This document shows positions 1 to 10,212 of a stretch of DNA of 64,000 nucleotides, piece after piece. The DNA is from an uncultured Nitrospiraceae bacterium. Its GTDB lineage: Bacteria; Nitrospirota; Thermodesulfovibrionia; Thermodesulfovibrionales; UBA6898. Location of the stretch: the NCBI GenBank assembly GCA_963811165.1, contig CAWEQH010000004.1:192001-256000 (forward strand), given 5' to 3'. The position numbers and the translations under genes are program-made. Each line of letters starts with the position of its first letter. Positions within the stretch are counted from its first letter, which is position 1. The notes beneath the pieces are model-generated. The model ran no database searches. It saw only the letters and a program-made list of their open reading frames with translations, and was not told where the DNA came from.

Positions 1-1
1 C

Positions 2-766
2 GGTGATTTCCAGTTTGAGCTCGACGACCTGGACCTTGAAGGTAAAACCGACCTTACCGACCTCGGCTGGGAACTATCGAGGGGGTTGAGTCCTGAATAC
101 CTCTTGATGGAAGGCGCACGGGTGCAGGACGAGTCGACCCAGTTGTCCTTTGTAGAGACCGAAGAGATCTCGGGTGAGGAAGCGGGAGAGGGCGGATGGG
201 AAGAAGACTGGGAGACCGCCCCTGCTGAGCGGAAGGACATATCTCAACTTAAGGCCCTGACGCAGGAACTCAGGTTCCCCAACTCGGCGTCCGAGATCAC
301 CCTTCTTATCCTAAGGTTTGCCAGCGACATCTTCCACCGGGGGGTGCTCTTTATGGTCGGCAAGAACCAGATAGTGGGGCTTGGCCAGTTCGGACTCGAG
401 ATAGACAGGGCGGACGAAAAGGTCCGTGAGACGGTCCTAGAGACAGAAAAAAGCCCTTTTCTGAAACAGATCGTTACCGAACAGATGCCCTATAAGGGGC
501 CTCTTGAAAAAGATGAAGTGACCCGCAAACTGATGGCGGAACTCGGCGGGGTCTGGCCGTCTGAGGTCGCAGTATTTCCGATTGTGGCCGAAGGCCGGGC
601 GGTCGCATTTCTCTACTGCGACAACTTCTCCACCGGGACGGCGTCTACGGAAACCGAGGGGCTTGAAATCTTCATAAGCCATGCCGGTCTGGCCCTGGAG
701 AAATCCCTGCTTCAGAGGAGGATCCAGGAGATGGAGATGAAAAAAGGTCAGGAAGAAGCCGGGTGA
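2..766 (+). CDS. DUF4388-like plus C-terminal GAF-like domain protein (5' truncated by window edge)
   Basis: Frame is open from position 2 (GDFQFELDD...LSPEYLLMEGARVQDE), matching the G.F.F...LLMEGAR..DE end of DUF4388; C-terminal half has a GAF-like pattern (FPIVAEGRAVAFLYCDN...AGLALE). Confidence 0.7.
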   Translation, partial: GDFQFELDDLDLEGKTDLTDLGWELSRGLSPEYLLMEGARVQDESTQLSFVETEEISGEEAGEGGWEEDWETAPAERKDISQLKALTQELRFPNSASEITLLILRFASDIFHRGVLFMVGKNQIVGLGQFGLEIDRADEKVRETVLETEKSPFLKQIVTEQMPYKGPLEKDEVTRKLMAELGGVWPSEVAVFPIVAEGRAVAFLYCDNFSTGTASTETEGLEIFISHAGLALEKSLLQRRIQEMEMKKGQEEAG

Positions 767-908
767 GCTTTTTTTTGCGCTATCTGATAAAATCTTACAA
801 AATAATGCGCCCGAAACAGAAAGCGGAGAGGAAAGTGATGAGGGTCAAGGGAAAAGTTCCCGTAGTCCGGAACCGTAACTTTTATAACCTGCAAAGGGGA
901 GAGGTTTT

Positions 909-1277
909 GTGAAGACCATTCTCATCGTTGAAGACTCCGCCACCACGCGGGCGCTTATCAGGGCCGTGATAGACGAGATCGGCGAGTTCGAGACGGTCGA
1001 GGCATCGTCGGGATTCGAGGCCCTTAAGATGCTGCCGCAACAGCAATACGACCTTATCATCACCGACATCAATATGCCTGACATCAACGGCCTGGAACTC
1101 ATCAGTTTTGTCCGGAACAACCCGAGGTTCACCCATCTGCCCATCGTGATCGTCAGCACCGAAAGGAGTGAGGAGGACAAAAGAAGAGGGATGGCACTCG
1201 GCGCCACGGCTTATGTGACGAAACCGTTTAAGTCGTTTGAACTGCAGGAAATCATAAAGAAGACCATGGGCCTATGA
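909..1277 (+). CDS. cheY: CheY-like single-domain response regulator
   Basis: ILIVEDS, DLIITDINMPDING, YVTKPF receiver motifs; GGAGAGG RBS; overlaps cheA start. Confidence 0.88.
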   Translation: MKTILIVEDSATTRALIRAVIDEIGEFETVEASSGFEALKMLPQQQYDLIITDINMPDINGLELISFVRNNPRFTHLPIVIVSTERSEEDKRRGMALGATAYVTKPFKSFELQEIIKKTMGL

Positions 1278-3235
1278 AAGCCTCGAAAAAGGAATTCATC
1301 GCAGAAGCGGAAGATCTCATCGAGGAATCCCAACGCCTGATCCTTGAAATCCAGGACACGTTTGCCACGGGCATCAACCCCGATACGCTAAACGCCCTGT
1401 TTAGGTCCATGCATACCCTTAAGGGCGTCTCCGGCCTTTTCGGCCTCCAGGGGATCACTAATGTAAGCCATTCCCTTGAGGCGCTGATGGATGACGTGAG
1501 GCTCGGCAAGATCGAGGTGGGAGCGTCGGTCGTCAATTTCCTCTTCAAGAACCTCGATATCCTGAAAGATGTTGTCGATAAGCTCAGCCAGACCGATGAA
1601 GAGTCCGATACATCCGGCTTCATCAAAGATATAGAGGCCTTCAGGGAATCCCTGAAAGGAAAATCCGTCCCTGCATCAGTGGGGGGAGTGATGGACGAAT
1701 CGATCCTGAAGGTGCTCTCGGAGTACGAGGAGCACAGACTCAAGGCCAACATAAAAGAGGGCAAGACGGTCTACCTCGCAAAGGCGGTCTTCCCGCTTGA
1801 GGTATTTGACACGTCGCTGGCCGAACTGACGAAGATAATCAAGACAAAAGGCGAACTCATATCGACCCTCCCGACCTCGTCGAACGTCCCGGACGGTTTT
1901 ATAGGGTTCAACCTGATGTTCGGCAGTACCGGCTCCCACGACGAGGTAAAGAAAGACGTGGCCTTCGATGTCGATGTCCTGGTCGGCCCCAAGAACGCGG
2001 AGCCCGGGCCCCAGCCCGACAGCCATCTTCTGAAGAGCACTTCGACGACCGTCAGGGTAGATATAGAAAAACTCGACAGGATTCTTAATACGGTAGGTGA
2101 ACTCAGCCTCGCGAAAGAGGCGGTAAAACGGATAGGAGCGGAACTCGTGGAACTCTACGGGCATTCGTCCCTCGTCTACGACATCCACAAGATATCCCAG
2201 ACGTTCGAGCGGAGGCTCGCCGAACTTCAGGACCAGGTCCTTGAGATCAGGATGGTGCCTATAGGACAGATTTTTGCGAGGCTCGCCCAGGTGGTAAGGC
2301 GGTATTCAAGAGAGATAGGCAAGCAGATAGAACTCGTCATGTACGGTGAGGAGACCGAACTGGACAAGTACCTTGCCGAAGAGATCATCGACCCCCTGAT
2401 GCACCTTGTCAGGAATTCCCTGGACCACGGCATCGAAAGCCCCGAGGAAAGAAAAATGAAGGGAAAAAGCGAGTCGGGGACGATCGTACTGAAGGCATAC
2501 CAAAAGGGCAACCATGTCGTCATCGAACTCAAGGACGACGGAGCGGGCATAGATCTTGTGAAGGTGCGGAAAAAGGCCGTGGAAAAGGGACTCGTCCGGG
2601 AGGAGACCGAACTGAGCGAAAGCGAGATCGTCGATTTTATTTTTACCCCGGGTTTTAGCACAAAGGACGTAGTGAGCGAGGTGTCGGGCAGGGGGGTCGG
2701 GATGGATGTGGTCAAGGAGAAACTCTCCGCCCTGGGCGGGTTCGCCGACGTCGAAACGAAAAAGGATGAGGGCACCACTTTTATGCTCACCCTGCCGATC
2801 ACCCTGGCGATAATCAAGGCCCTCTTAGTCAGGGTCGGCGACGAAAAATTCGCGGTGCCCCTGACGTCCATGTCTGAGACGCTCATCGTCGAGCACAAGG
2901 ACATTCAGACGATAGAATGGAAAGAGGTCTATTACCTCAGAGGAGATATGCTCCCGATGGTAAGGGTGAGCAAGTTTCTCAACCTCGCAGGCGACGACAA
3001 CAGCCGTTCTTTCGCGGTTGTCGTGGGGTTCGGAGAAAGGAAGGTCGGTCTCCTCGTAGACGAGCTTTTCGGCCAGCACGAGATCGTCATCAAATCGTTG
3101 AGCGACTATCTTAAGAAGTTAAGGGGCTTTGCCGGGGCCGCCGAGATAGGCAAGCATGAGGTGATTCTTGTCCTCGATATCGAATCGCTTATAGACGAAT
3201 CAATGATCAGGCAAAGAGGTGCGACGCATGTATGA
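1274..3235 (+). CDS. cheA: Chemotaxis histidine kinase CheA
   Basis: HPt FRSMHTLKG, VRVDIEKLD dimerisation, HLVRNSLDHGIE, DDGAGID, PGFSTKD..SGRGVGMDVV, C-terminal CheW-like domain. Confidence 0.97.
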   Translation: MKASKKEFIAEAEDLIEESQRLILEIQDTFATGINPDTLNALFRSMHTLKGVSGLFGLQGITNVSHSLEALMDDVRLGKIEVGASVVNFLFKNLDILKDVVDKLSQTDEESDTSGFIKDIEAFRESLKGKSVPASVGGVMDESILKVLSEYEEHRLKANIKEGKTVYLAKAVFPLEVFDTSLAELTKIIKTKGELISTLPTSSNVPDGFIGFNLMFGSTGSHDEVKKDVAFDVDVLVGPKNAEPGPQPDSHLLKSTSTTVRVDIEKLDRILNTVGELSLAKEAVKRIGAELVELYGHSSLVYDIHKISQTFERRLAELQDQVLEIRMVPIGQIFARLAQVVRRYSREIGKQIELVMYGEETELDKYLAEEIIDPLMHLVRNSLDHGIESPEERKMKGKSESGTIVLKAYQKGNHVVIELKDDGAGIDLVKVRKKAVEKGLVREETELSESEIVDFIFTPGFSTKDVVSEVSGRGVGMDVVKEKLSALGGFADVETKKDEGTTFMLTLPITLAIIKALLVRVGDEKFAVPLTSMSETLIVEHKDIQTIEWKEVYYLRGDMLPMVRVSKFLNLAGDDNSRSFAVVVGFGERKVGLLVDELFGQHEIVIKSLSDYLKKLRGFAGAAEIGKHEVILVLDIESLIDESMIRQRGATHV

Positions 3236-4046
3236 GGAATTTTACGGACTGACGGCGAGACCCTTCAGCAAGACGCCGGACCCGAAATTCCTTTTCCTCA
3301 GCAGAAACCATGAGGAGGCGCTTGCGAGACTGCAGTACGCGGTCGAAGAGAAAGACATGATCTTGCTTACCGGCGAGGTGGGCTGCGGGAAGACGACCCT
3401 CACAAGGGCGTTGATGGACGTGCTCGGCGACGACTACCGGGTCATCACGATCATAAATCCGGTCCTGAGCCCGGCCCAGTTCTTAAGGACGATCGCCAAG
3501 AGGATGGAGATCGATATTCCCTCCATTTACAAGGCGGACCTCCTCGACGCCATCTGCGAAAGGGTCTACCACGACCACGAGGCAGGTGTGACGCATGTGA
3601 TCATCATAGACGAGGCACAGCTCATACCGAGCAAGGACACGTTTGAGGAGATACGTCTTTTGACCAACTTTCAGCTCGACGATACAAACCTCCTGAGTAT
3701 TGTACTCGTCGGCCAGACCGATCTAAGGCGGAGGCTGAACCATAAAACGTATCTTCCCCTGAGGCAGAGGATAGGGCTTTTCTTCCATCTCGGCCCGCTT
3801 ACCGAAAGCGAGATAAAGGGATATGTGATGCACCGGCTGAAGATGTCGGGGAGGGAAGATATGTTGTTCACCGATGAAGCGCTGGCCATACTGTACAGGC
3901 TTTCGGGGGGTATACCGAGGGTGATAAACAGCATTGCCACGTCAGCGCTCCTTGACGGATTCGCTAAGGAGATGACCGTCATCAACGAGACACTCGTGGA
4001 AGACGCTGCAAGGGAACTGGGGTTAAATGGATATCGCGAAAATTAG
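3228..4046 (+). CDS. ExeA/GspA-family AAA+ ATPase (stand-alone ATPase domain)
   Basis: MYEEFYGL..RPFSKTPDPKFLF N-terminus, Walker A GEVGCGKT, Walker B IIIDEAQ, LVGQ, SGGIPRVIN. Confidence 0.88.
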   Translation: MYEEFYGLTARPFSKTPDPKFLFLSRNHEEALARLQYAVEEKDMILLTGEVGCGKTTLTRALMDVLGDDYRVITIINPVLSPAQFLRTIAKRMEIDIPSIYKADLLDAICERVYHDHEAGVTHVIIIDEAQLIPSKDTFEEIRLLTNFQLDDTNLLSIVLVGQTDLRRRLNHKTYLPLRQRIGLFFHLGPLTESEIKGYVMHRLKMSGREDMLFTDEALAILYRLSGGIPRVINSIATSALLDGFAKEMTVINETLVEDAARELGLNGYREN

Positions 4047-4749
4047 GAAGAAGGCCAGGGAGAAGGAAGAAAGCGGGAAGAACGTTGAGGGCGGTACGCC
4101 TAAAGAGGTAAGGCCGGAGACAGGCGGGAAACACGTTGCCCACGAAGGGCCTCTCCCGGAAGTTCACGGAGGGCCGGATGATGAGGCATCCCTTCCACCC
4201 GGCTCCGGGGAGAAAAGAGACGAAGTCCCCCTTCCTTCCCGGGGCGGCGAAGGGACAGGAGGCCCTTCGGAAAAGAAAGAGGCGCCGGAGGTGGAAGAAG
4301 CTGCGCTTGAGCTTCTTACGTTTAGCCTCTCCGGCGAGGAATTTGCATTCCGGGTTTCCGAGGTTGAGGAGATCATCAGGTTCCAGAGGATCACGGGGGT
4401 CCCGACAATGCCGGATTATGTCCGGGGGATAACCTCGTTACGGGGGAAGGTTATCCCTGTCATAAACCTCAGGACCAGACTTGCGCTGAAAGGGCCGGTC
4501 GAGCCGCAGCAGGAAAGAGGAGAAAGGGAAGACAGGAGGATACTTATCCTCTCGGGCCCCAAGGGGATGATAGGGGCGACGATCGACAGGGTGCTGGGAG
4601 TGGTAAGGTTTCCGGCCGCCACCATACTCGATCCGCCGGCTCATCTTACGGAAAATGAACTTAAGTATATAGAAGGCGTGGTAATACTCGAAAAGCGCTT
4701 TATATCAATAATCAGGTCTGACGACGCTCTGGATATAGAGTTCGCCTAA
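4027..4749 (+). CDS. cheW: CheW adaptor with disordered N-terminal extension
   Basis: LLTFSLSGEEFA..VEEII...VPTMPDYVRGITSLRGKVIPVINL. Confidence 0.9.
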   Translation: MDIAKIRKKAREKEESGKNVEGGTPKEVRPETGGKHVAHEGPLPEVHGGPDDEASLPPGSGEKRDEVPLPSRGGEGTGGPSEKKEAPEVEEAALELLTFSLSGEEFAFRVSEVEEIIRFQRITGVPTMPDYVRGITSLRGKVIPVINLRTRLALKGPVEPQQERGEREDRRILILSGPKGMIGATIDRVLGVVRFPAATILDPPAHLTENELKYIEGVVILEKRFISIIRSDDALDIEFA

Positions 4750-4758
4750 GGAGGGCGA

Positions 4759-7611
4759 ATGAGGGAAAAACTTGAACTGAAAATACTGGCGCTCGTGGCA
4801 GGTATGCTGCTGCTGGGCATAATTATAGCCGGGGTCATGGTACTGACCATCGAAAAAAAGAGTCTCTACAACCTGACCGAAACGGCTTCCGAGGCCACGG
4901 CGAACGTCATCGCCAAGGACGTAGAGCGGACGATGCTCGAGGGGAGGGCCGACCTCACAAAGGCGCTTGTGGAGGAACTGAAGGGCGCCAGCGGCGCGGA
5001 AGATATTTCCCTGGTGAATTACCGCGGCGCTAGGGCGTTTGATAAAGCGGCGCCTGAACTCGAGGCTGCTTTGATGAAGAAAATGGCGCGGACAAAGGCG
5101 CCGGTGTTCGTCAGGGAAGTGAAGAGTCTGATCTATTATAAGCCGCTTGAAAACGGTGAAAAATGCAGGACGTGCCACGCAAACGACCCCTCCATACTCG
5201 GCGCCGTCAAGACCTCGATATCAATAGCCAAAGAATATGCCGACGCATCCAGGATGATCATCATAGTGATTCTCGCCACGGTCCTCGCCTGCTTCGTCTT
5301 CAGCATCGTGCTATGGGCGATGATACGAAGGATGGTTATCCTGCCCCTGAAGTCCCTCGGAGATGCGGCGGCAAAACTCTCCGAAGGGGACATGTCCTTT
5401 AAAGTCGAGGTGAAGAGCACCGACGAGATAGGCAGGTTCAGTAAGGCGATACGGGAATCGCTGGTTTCGATATCCGGCATCCTGCAGAGGATCCAGGATG
5501 TGTCCAAGAAGGTGAAGCGCGTGGCTGCAGACGTCGAAAGTGAATCGAGAAAAGTGGTCGACGGGACGATGCTTGAGACCGAGGCGGTCAACAACATTTC
5601 GGCCTCGATAGAAGAACTAAACGCGGTCATATCCGAAATAGCCGGCGGGACTGACGCGCTTGCTGTCTCGGCCGAGGAGACATCCGCATCAATGGTGCAG
5701 ATGGCGGCCAATATTGACGAGATTACCAGCAACACGCAGGACATGTCCATGGCCGTGGAAGCGACATCCGCGTCGATAGAACAGCTGTCGGCCACCATCA
5801 AGGAGGTCGCATCAAACACCGGTGAACTGGCCGGGGCGGCGGAAGAGACGCAGTCTGCGATAGTGGAGATCGCGACCTCGGTTAAAGAGGTCGAGCAGAG
5901 GGCGAAGGAGTCTGCGATGCTCTCCGATAAAGTCAGGAACGAGGCCGTCACGTTCGGGATGGTCTCTGTCGAAAAAACGATCAAGGGAATGCAGAACATA
6001 AAGGCGTCGGTCGAGAAGACGGCGGATTATATAAAGAAGCTCGGGGGTCGTTCCGAGGAAATAGGCAAGATACTGAACGTGATAGATGAGATCACCGACC
6101 AGACTACGATGCTTGCCCTGAACGCGGCGATCCTGGCGGCGCAGGCAGGGGAACAAGGGAAGGGCTTCTCGGTTGTCGCCGACGAGATCAAGGAGCTCGC
6201 CGAGAGGACGTCGATGTCTACCCAGGAAATCGCCGCCCTCATACAGGCTGTCCAGCAGGAGGTGGGCGATGCGGCAGCCGCGATGGAAGAAGGGCTTAAG
6301 TCAGTCGAAACGGGATTCAAGGTGACCAACGAGGCCGTCGACGCACTAAGGAAAATTGTGGAAAGTTCCAGGAAATCTTACGAAATGGCTGCGGCGATAG
6401 AGCAGTCGACTACTGAGCAGGCAAAGGCGGCGCTCCTTGTCTCTGGGGCGATGGAGAAGGTCCTGGATATGGTGGGACAGATCGCAAAGGCCACGACCGA
6501 GCAAAACAGAGGGATCCAGCTCATTATGAATGCGACTGAGAAGATCAGGGACGTTTCCAGCTATGTAAAGACGGCAACGAACGAGCAGTCCTCGACCAGC
6601 AAACAGATTTCCATGGCGGTCGAACAGGTCTCCGAAAAGAGCCAGCAGATATCCCGGGCCATAAACGAACAGAAGATAGGTTCAAACCAGATATGGAACT
6701 CGGTTGAAAAGATAAAGGACCTGCCCAGACAAAACAGGGACCGCGCCTTCCACCTCGACAGAATGGTGAAAGAACTCCTTAGGGACGCCGAACTGGCGGC
6801 CATCGAGATGGAGAGGTTCACCTTCGCCGAGGACACTTCGGCCGGCCTGCTTAAGATGGGCATCGTACCACTCGAATCACCGGCCGTAATGTACAAGAAA
6901 TTCGCCCCCCTGGCTGAATACCTCAGTAAGAGGCTGAAGAGGAAGGTCGAACTGAGAGTAGCGGTGGATTTCCAGGGCGCGGTCAACGACATAGGACAGG
7001 GCATTACCCAGTTTTGTTTTATGACGCCGTCGACCTATGTCGAGGCGCACGACAGATATGCTGTCCGGGTGTTGGTGAAGGCCCTGCGGGAGGGCAAACC
7101 TTTTCAGCATTCCGTGATCGTCACGAGAAACGACAGCCCGATCAATAGTCTGGAAGATATAAAGGGCCGCTCCTTCGCGTTCGGAGATCTTCATTCCACT
7201 TCGAGCCACATAGTTCCGAGGGCGATGCTGTTGTCGGCGGGTGTCGACGTGTCGGGGCTCCTGTACCATAATTATCTGGGACACCACGATGATGTTGCGA
7301 AGGCGGTGCTTGCCGGAGATTTCGATGCAGGCGGGATAATGGAGTCGACCGCGTATGCGTTTCAGGACAAGGGGCTGAAATTCGTCAAGATTTCCGACGA
7401 TATTCCGGAATTCAATATCTGCGCTTCCCGTGACCTCGACCCTCAGCTCTCCGATGAATTAAAAGATGCGCTTGTGAGTTTAAACGACGGTACCGCCGAA
7501 GGGAGCGAGATACTGAAGTCCATCAGCAAGAGTTACACGGGCTTCCTTGAGGCTTCCGACGAGGATTACCACGGCGTAAGGACTATGATGACGAAGATAG
7601 GATTGGTCTGA
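4759..7611 (+). CDS. Methyl-accepting chemotaxis protein with periplasmic CxxCH motif, HAMP, long signalling domain and C-terminal PhnD-like phosphate/phosphonate-binding domain
   Basis: Two TM helices; CRTCH at aa 136-140; tip [29 protein letters not shown]; from aa ~697 [10 protein letters not shown]...GDLHSTSSH...[18 protein letters not shown] typical of PhnD-family binding proteins. Confidence 0.88.
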   Translation: MREKLELKILALVAGMLLLGIIIAGVMVLTIEKKSLYNLTETASEATANVIAKDVERTMLEGRADLTKALVEELKGASGAEDISLVNYRGARAFDKAAPELEAALMKKMARTKAPVFVREVKSLIYYKPLENGEKCRTCHANDPSILGAVKTSISIAKEYADASRMIIIVILATVLACFVFSIVLWAMIRRMVILPLKSLGDAAAKLSEGDMSFKVEVKSTDEIGRFSKAIRESLVSISGILQRIQDVSKKVKRVAADVESESRKVVDGTMLETEAVNNISASIEELNAVISEIAGGTDALAVSAEETSASMVQMAANIDEITSNTQDMSMAVEATSASIEQLSATIKEVASNTGELAGAAEETQSAIVEIATSVKEVEQRAKESAMLSDKVRNEAVTFGMVSVEKTIKGMQNIKASVEKTADYIKKLGGRSEEIGKILNVIDEITDQTTMLALNAAILAAQAGEQGKGFSVVADEIKELAERTSMSTQEIAALIQAVQQEVGDAAAAMEEGLKSVETGFKVTNEAVDALRKIVESSRKSYEMAAAIEQSTTEQAKAALLVSGAMEKVLDMVGQIAKATTEQNRGIQLIMNATEKIRDVSSYVKTATNEQSSTSKQISMAVEQVSEKSQQISRAINEQKIGSNQIWNSVEKIKDLPRQNRDRAFHLDRMVKELLRDAELAAIEMERFTFAEDTSAGLLKMGIVPLESPAVMYKKFAPLAEYLSKRLKRKVELRVAVDFQGAVNDIGQGITQFCFMTPSTYVEAHDRYAVRVLVKALREGKPFQHSVIVTRNDSPINSLEDIKGRSFAFGDLHSTSSHIVPRAMLLSAGVDVSGLLYHNYLGHHDDVAKAVLAGDFDAGGIMESTAYAFQDKGLKFVKISDDIPEFNICASRDLDPQLSDELKDALVSLNDGTAEGSEILKSISKSYTGFLEASDEDYHGVRTMMTKIGLV

Positions 7612-7701
7612 GGTCCGGCTATGACGGGTGAAAAAGGCAAAACGGAAAAGGGGGGTTAAGATGAGAAGGACGATTTCGTCGCGGACGGCGGTGAAGGTGA
7701 C

Positions 7702-9723
7702 ATGATATTGAATAAATCCATAACGACAAAATTCCTGGCCGCACTATTTGTGATCCTCCTGGTGGGACAGTCGCTCGGGGCGCTCATTATGATTTTATAT
7801 TCACGCTCGGCGCTTATCGATTCTCTTGAGAACAGGATGAAGAGAGAGTCAGCTATCGCCGCGGGAGTCACGGCGGGGCCTCTTCTTAGTTACGACTACG
7901 TACTTATCGACTCTTGTCTGGAAGAAATTGCTAAAGACGAGGACATTACCGCCATACGCGTACTGGACGCCAGCGGGAAAGTCGCCCGGGAACGCATAAA
8001 AAAGCTCGACAACGATTCTTCTGCCGCCAGCTTCTTTTATAAAAAGGACTTCTCTTTCAGGGTCCCTGTTATGGCAGCGGGCGCCAAGATCGGAGAGGTG
8101 GTCATCGACTTTACCACGAAATCGATAAACAGGCACCTTTCCGAAAATGTGCTGACGATTTCTCTCTATCAGGTTATCATGCTGTTTGCCGTGGGCGTGA
8201 TCATGATGTCCCTTTTCAACAGGAACATCAAGAGACCTGTATCCGAGGTCAACAAGACGATCGAGAGGATCACGATGGGCGAGCTGTCCACCGAGGTCCC
8301 CGACCTTGGGGAAAACGAGATAGGCAGTATCGCCAAGGGCATCTCCTTTCTTGCCGAGAGACTTTCTCTCACCGTTTCGAGGCTCAATTCCACTGCGGTG
8401 AACGTAACGATGGCGATCAAACAGGTAGACCTGACTTATAAGAATGCGATAGCGGGGACAACAAGGCAGACGACGGCTGTAAAGGATGTCGTTAAGTCCA
8501 TCCATAACGCCAATAAAGTGGAGTCCGAAATCAGCGACAGCGCGGAAAAGCTTGCGAGTCTGTCCACGGAAAACGTGTCGTCGTTAATCGAACTGAAGGC
8601 CACCGCGGAGGAGATAGCCTCGAGCAACCAGCGACTTTTCAAGGCGACCGAGGATTCTTACTCCGTCGTAGCGGAGATGACCCATACCGCAAAGGCGATT
8701 TCGAAGAATTCCGGAGAGGCCCTCTCGGCCGTCGAGGATACCTCCGCCTCTATCGAAGAGATTGGGGCCTCCATCAGGGAGGTCGAGGACCACGCCAAGG
8801 AATCGTCCAAGATGGCGGAGCAGGTAAAGGAGATTACCTCGGACATCGGTATGCTTTCGATCGTAAATGCCGTTGAAGGAATGGAAAAGATCTCTGAAGA
8901 GGTGAAGAAATCCTCCGAGATCGTGCAAAGGCTGGGAACCAGGTCGTCCGATATCGAGAAGGTGCTCTCAGTGATAAAGGACGTAACGGAACAGACGAAC
9001 CTCCTCAGCTTAAACGCGGCGATCCTCGCGGCGCAGGCCGGCGAGTACGGGAAGGGTTTTTCAGTCGTGGCTGACGAGATAAGGGCTCTGTCGGAGAGGA
9101 CCGCGAGTTCGACGAGGGAGATAGGGGGCATCGTCAAGACGATCCAAGAGGACATAAGGGACGCGGTTTTTTCGATCGATTCGGCAAATGCGAAGGTGGA
9201 GGAGGGCAACGGACTTGTGCTCAAGGTAGGAGACGCCCTCAGGGAGATCCTGACCGCATCCGAACACTCCACCGAGATGACCAAGGCGATCGAAAGAGCG
9301 ACGGAGGAACAGTCGCTCGGCCTGCGGCAGGTCACCGCGGCAATCGAGGACATCAGGAAGATGATGCACAGTGTGGCGAAGGCCACGAGCGAGCAGGACA
9401 ACGCCCTCAGTTATCTTCTCGAAGGAGTGGGTGAGGTCAAGGAGGTCGCCGACCTAAGCAAACGCGGGACCGAGGAGCAGGCGATCGGCACGAGGGGCAT
9501 ATCCAAGAATCTCGAACTGGCCAACGAAAGGATCACCAGGATAAACGAGGCGGTCCTGAACCATAAGAAGTTTAATGACTCGATCATCCAGGCCATGGAC
9601 CAGATCGGCAACATCGGGGTATCCACGGTAAAAGACATGGAAGAGGTTTCACTTTCCCTGAGCGCGCTCTTTGAGGAGATCAATGTTTTGAAAAAGGAGA
9701 TGGAGGTTTTTAAGGTAAAGTAG
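7702..9723 (+). CDS. Methyl-accepting chemotaxis protein (2 TM, HAMP, long signalling domain)
   Basis: [31 protein letters not shown] hairpin tip; two TM segments. Confidence 0.93.
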   Translation: MILNKSITTKFLAALFVILLVGQSLGALIMILYSRSALIDSLENRMKRESAIAAGVTAGPLLSYDYVLIDSCLEEIAKDEDITAIRVLDASGKVARERIKKLDNDSSAASFFYKKDFSFRVPVMAAGAKIGEVVIDFTTKSINRHLSENVLTISLYQVIMLFAVGVIMMSLFNRNIKRPVSEVNKTIERITMGELSTEVPDLGENEIGSIAKGISFLAERLSLTVSRLNSTAVNVTMAIKQVDLTYKNAIAGTTRQTTAVKDVVKSIHNANKVESEISDSAEKLASLSTENVSSLIELKATAEEIASSNQRLFKATEDSYSVVAEMTHTAKAISKNSGEALSAVEDTSASIEEIGASIREVEDHAKESSKMAEQVKEITSDIGMLSIVNAVEGMEKISEEVKKSSEIVQRLGTRSSDIEKVLSVIKDVTEQTNLLSLNAAILAAQAGEYGKGFSVVADEIRALSERTASSTREIGGIVKTIQEDIRDAVFSIDSANAKVEEGNGLVLKVGDALREILTASEHSTEMTKAIERATEEQSLGLRQVTAAIEDIRKMMHSVAKATSEQDNALSYLLEGVGEVKEVADLSKRGTEEQAIGTRGISKNLELANERITRINEAVLNHKKFNDSIIQAMDQIGNIGVSTVKDMEEVSLSLSALFEEINVLKKEMEVFKVK

Positions 9724-10212
9724 ATGCGTAAATTTGCGGTATTTACGATAGCGGATGAAATGTTCGGCGTCGAGATCGAACGGGTGGTCGAGATCATCAG
9801 GGTGCAGAAGATATTTTCTATTCCCGGGCTGCCTGATTTCCTGTCGGGGGTCATGAGCGTAAGGGGGATGGTGGTCCCTCTTGTGGACCTCAGAAGGCGC
9901 TTTGGAAAGGAGCCTTCGGGAAAGAAGGAGCGGATAGTCATAGTCCGTTTCGGACAGGAAAAGATAGGGCTGCTCGTCGACGGGATAAAGGAAATCATGT
10001 CGCTGGCCGCCGAAGAAATGACAATGCCGCCCTCCCTCTTCAAGGGTTTCAGGACGGAGTATCTGACCGGCCTCGGAAAAAAGGACGGGGTGATCATCAT
10101 CTTGCTCAATATCGACAACCTCCTTACTTCGGAAGAGAAGATCATGCTGAAGGAATCGATGGGACTGATAGAGGAGAGCGGTGCAGGAATTAATAAAACG
10201 GATCAGCGATAG
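9724..10212 (+). CDS. cheW: CheW adaptor
   Basis: FAVFTIADEMFGVEIERVVEII...PGLPDFLSGVMSVRGMVVPLVDL. Confidence 0.92.
   Translation: MRKFAVFTIADEMFGVEIERVVEIIRVQKIFSIPGLPDFLSGVMSVRGMVVPLVDLRRRFGKEPSGKKERIVIVRFGQEKIGLLVDGIKEIMSLAAEEMTMPPSLFKGFRTEYLTGLGKKDGVIIILLNIDNLLTSEEKIMLKESMGLIEESGAGINKTDQR

Noticed and set aside
767..908. Riboswitch (e.g. c-di-GMP) upstream of cheY
   Set aside because: No recognisable conserved aptamer motifs or stems
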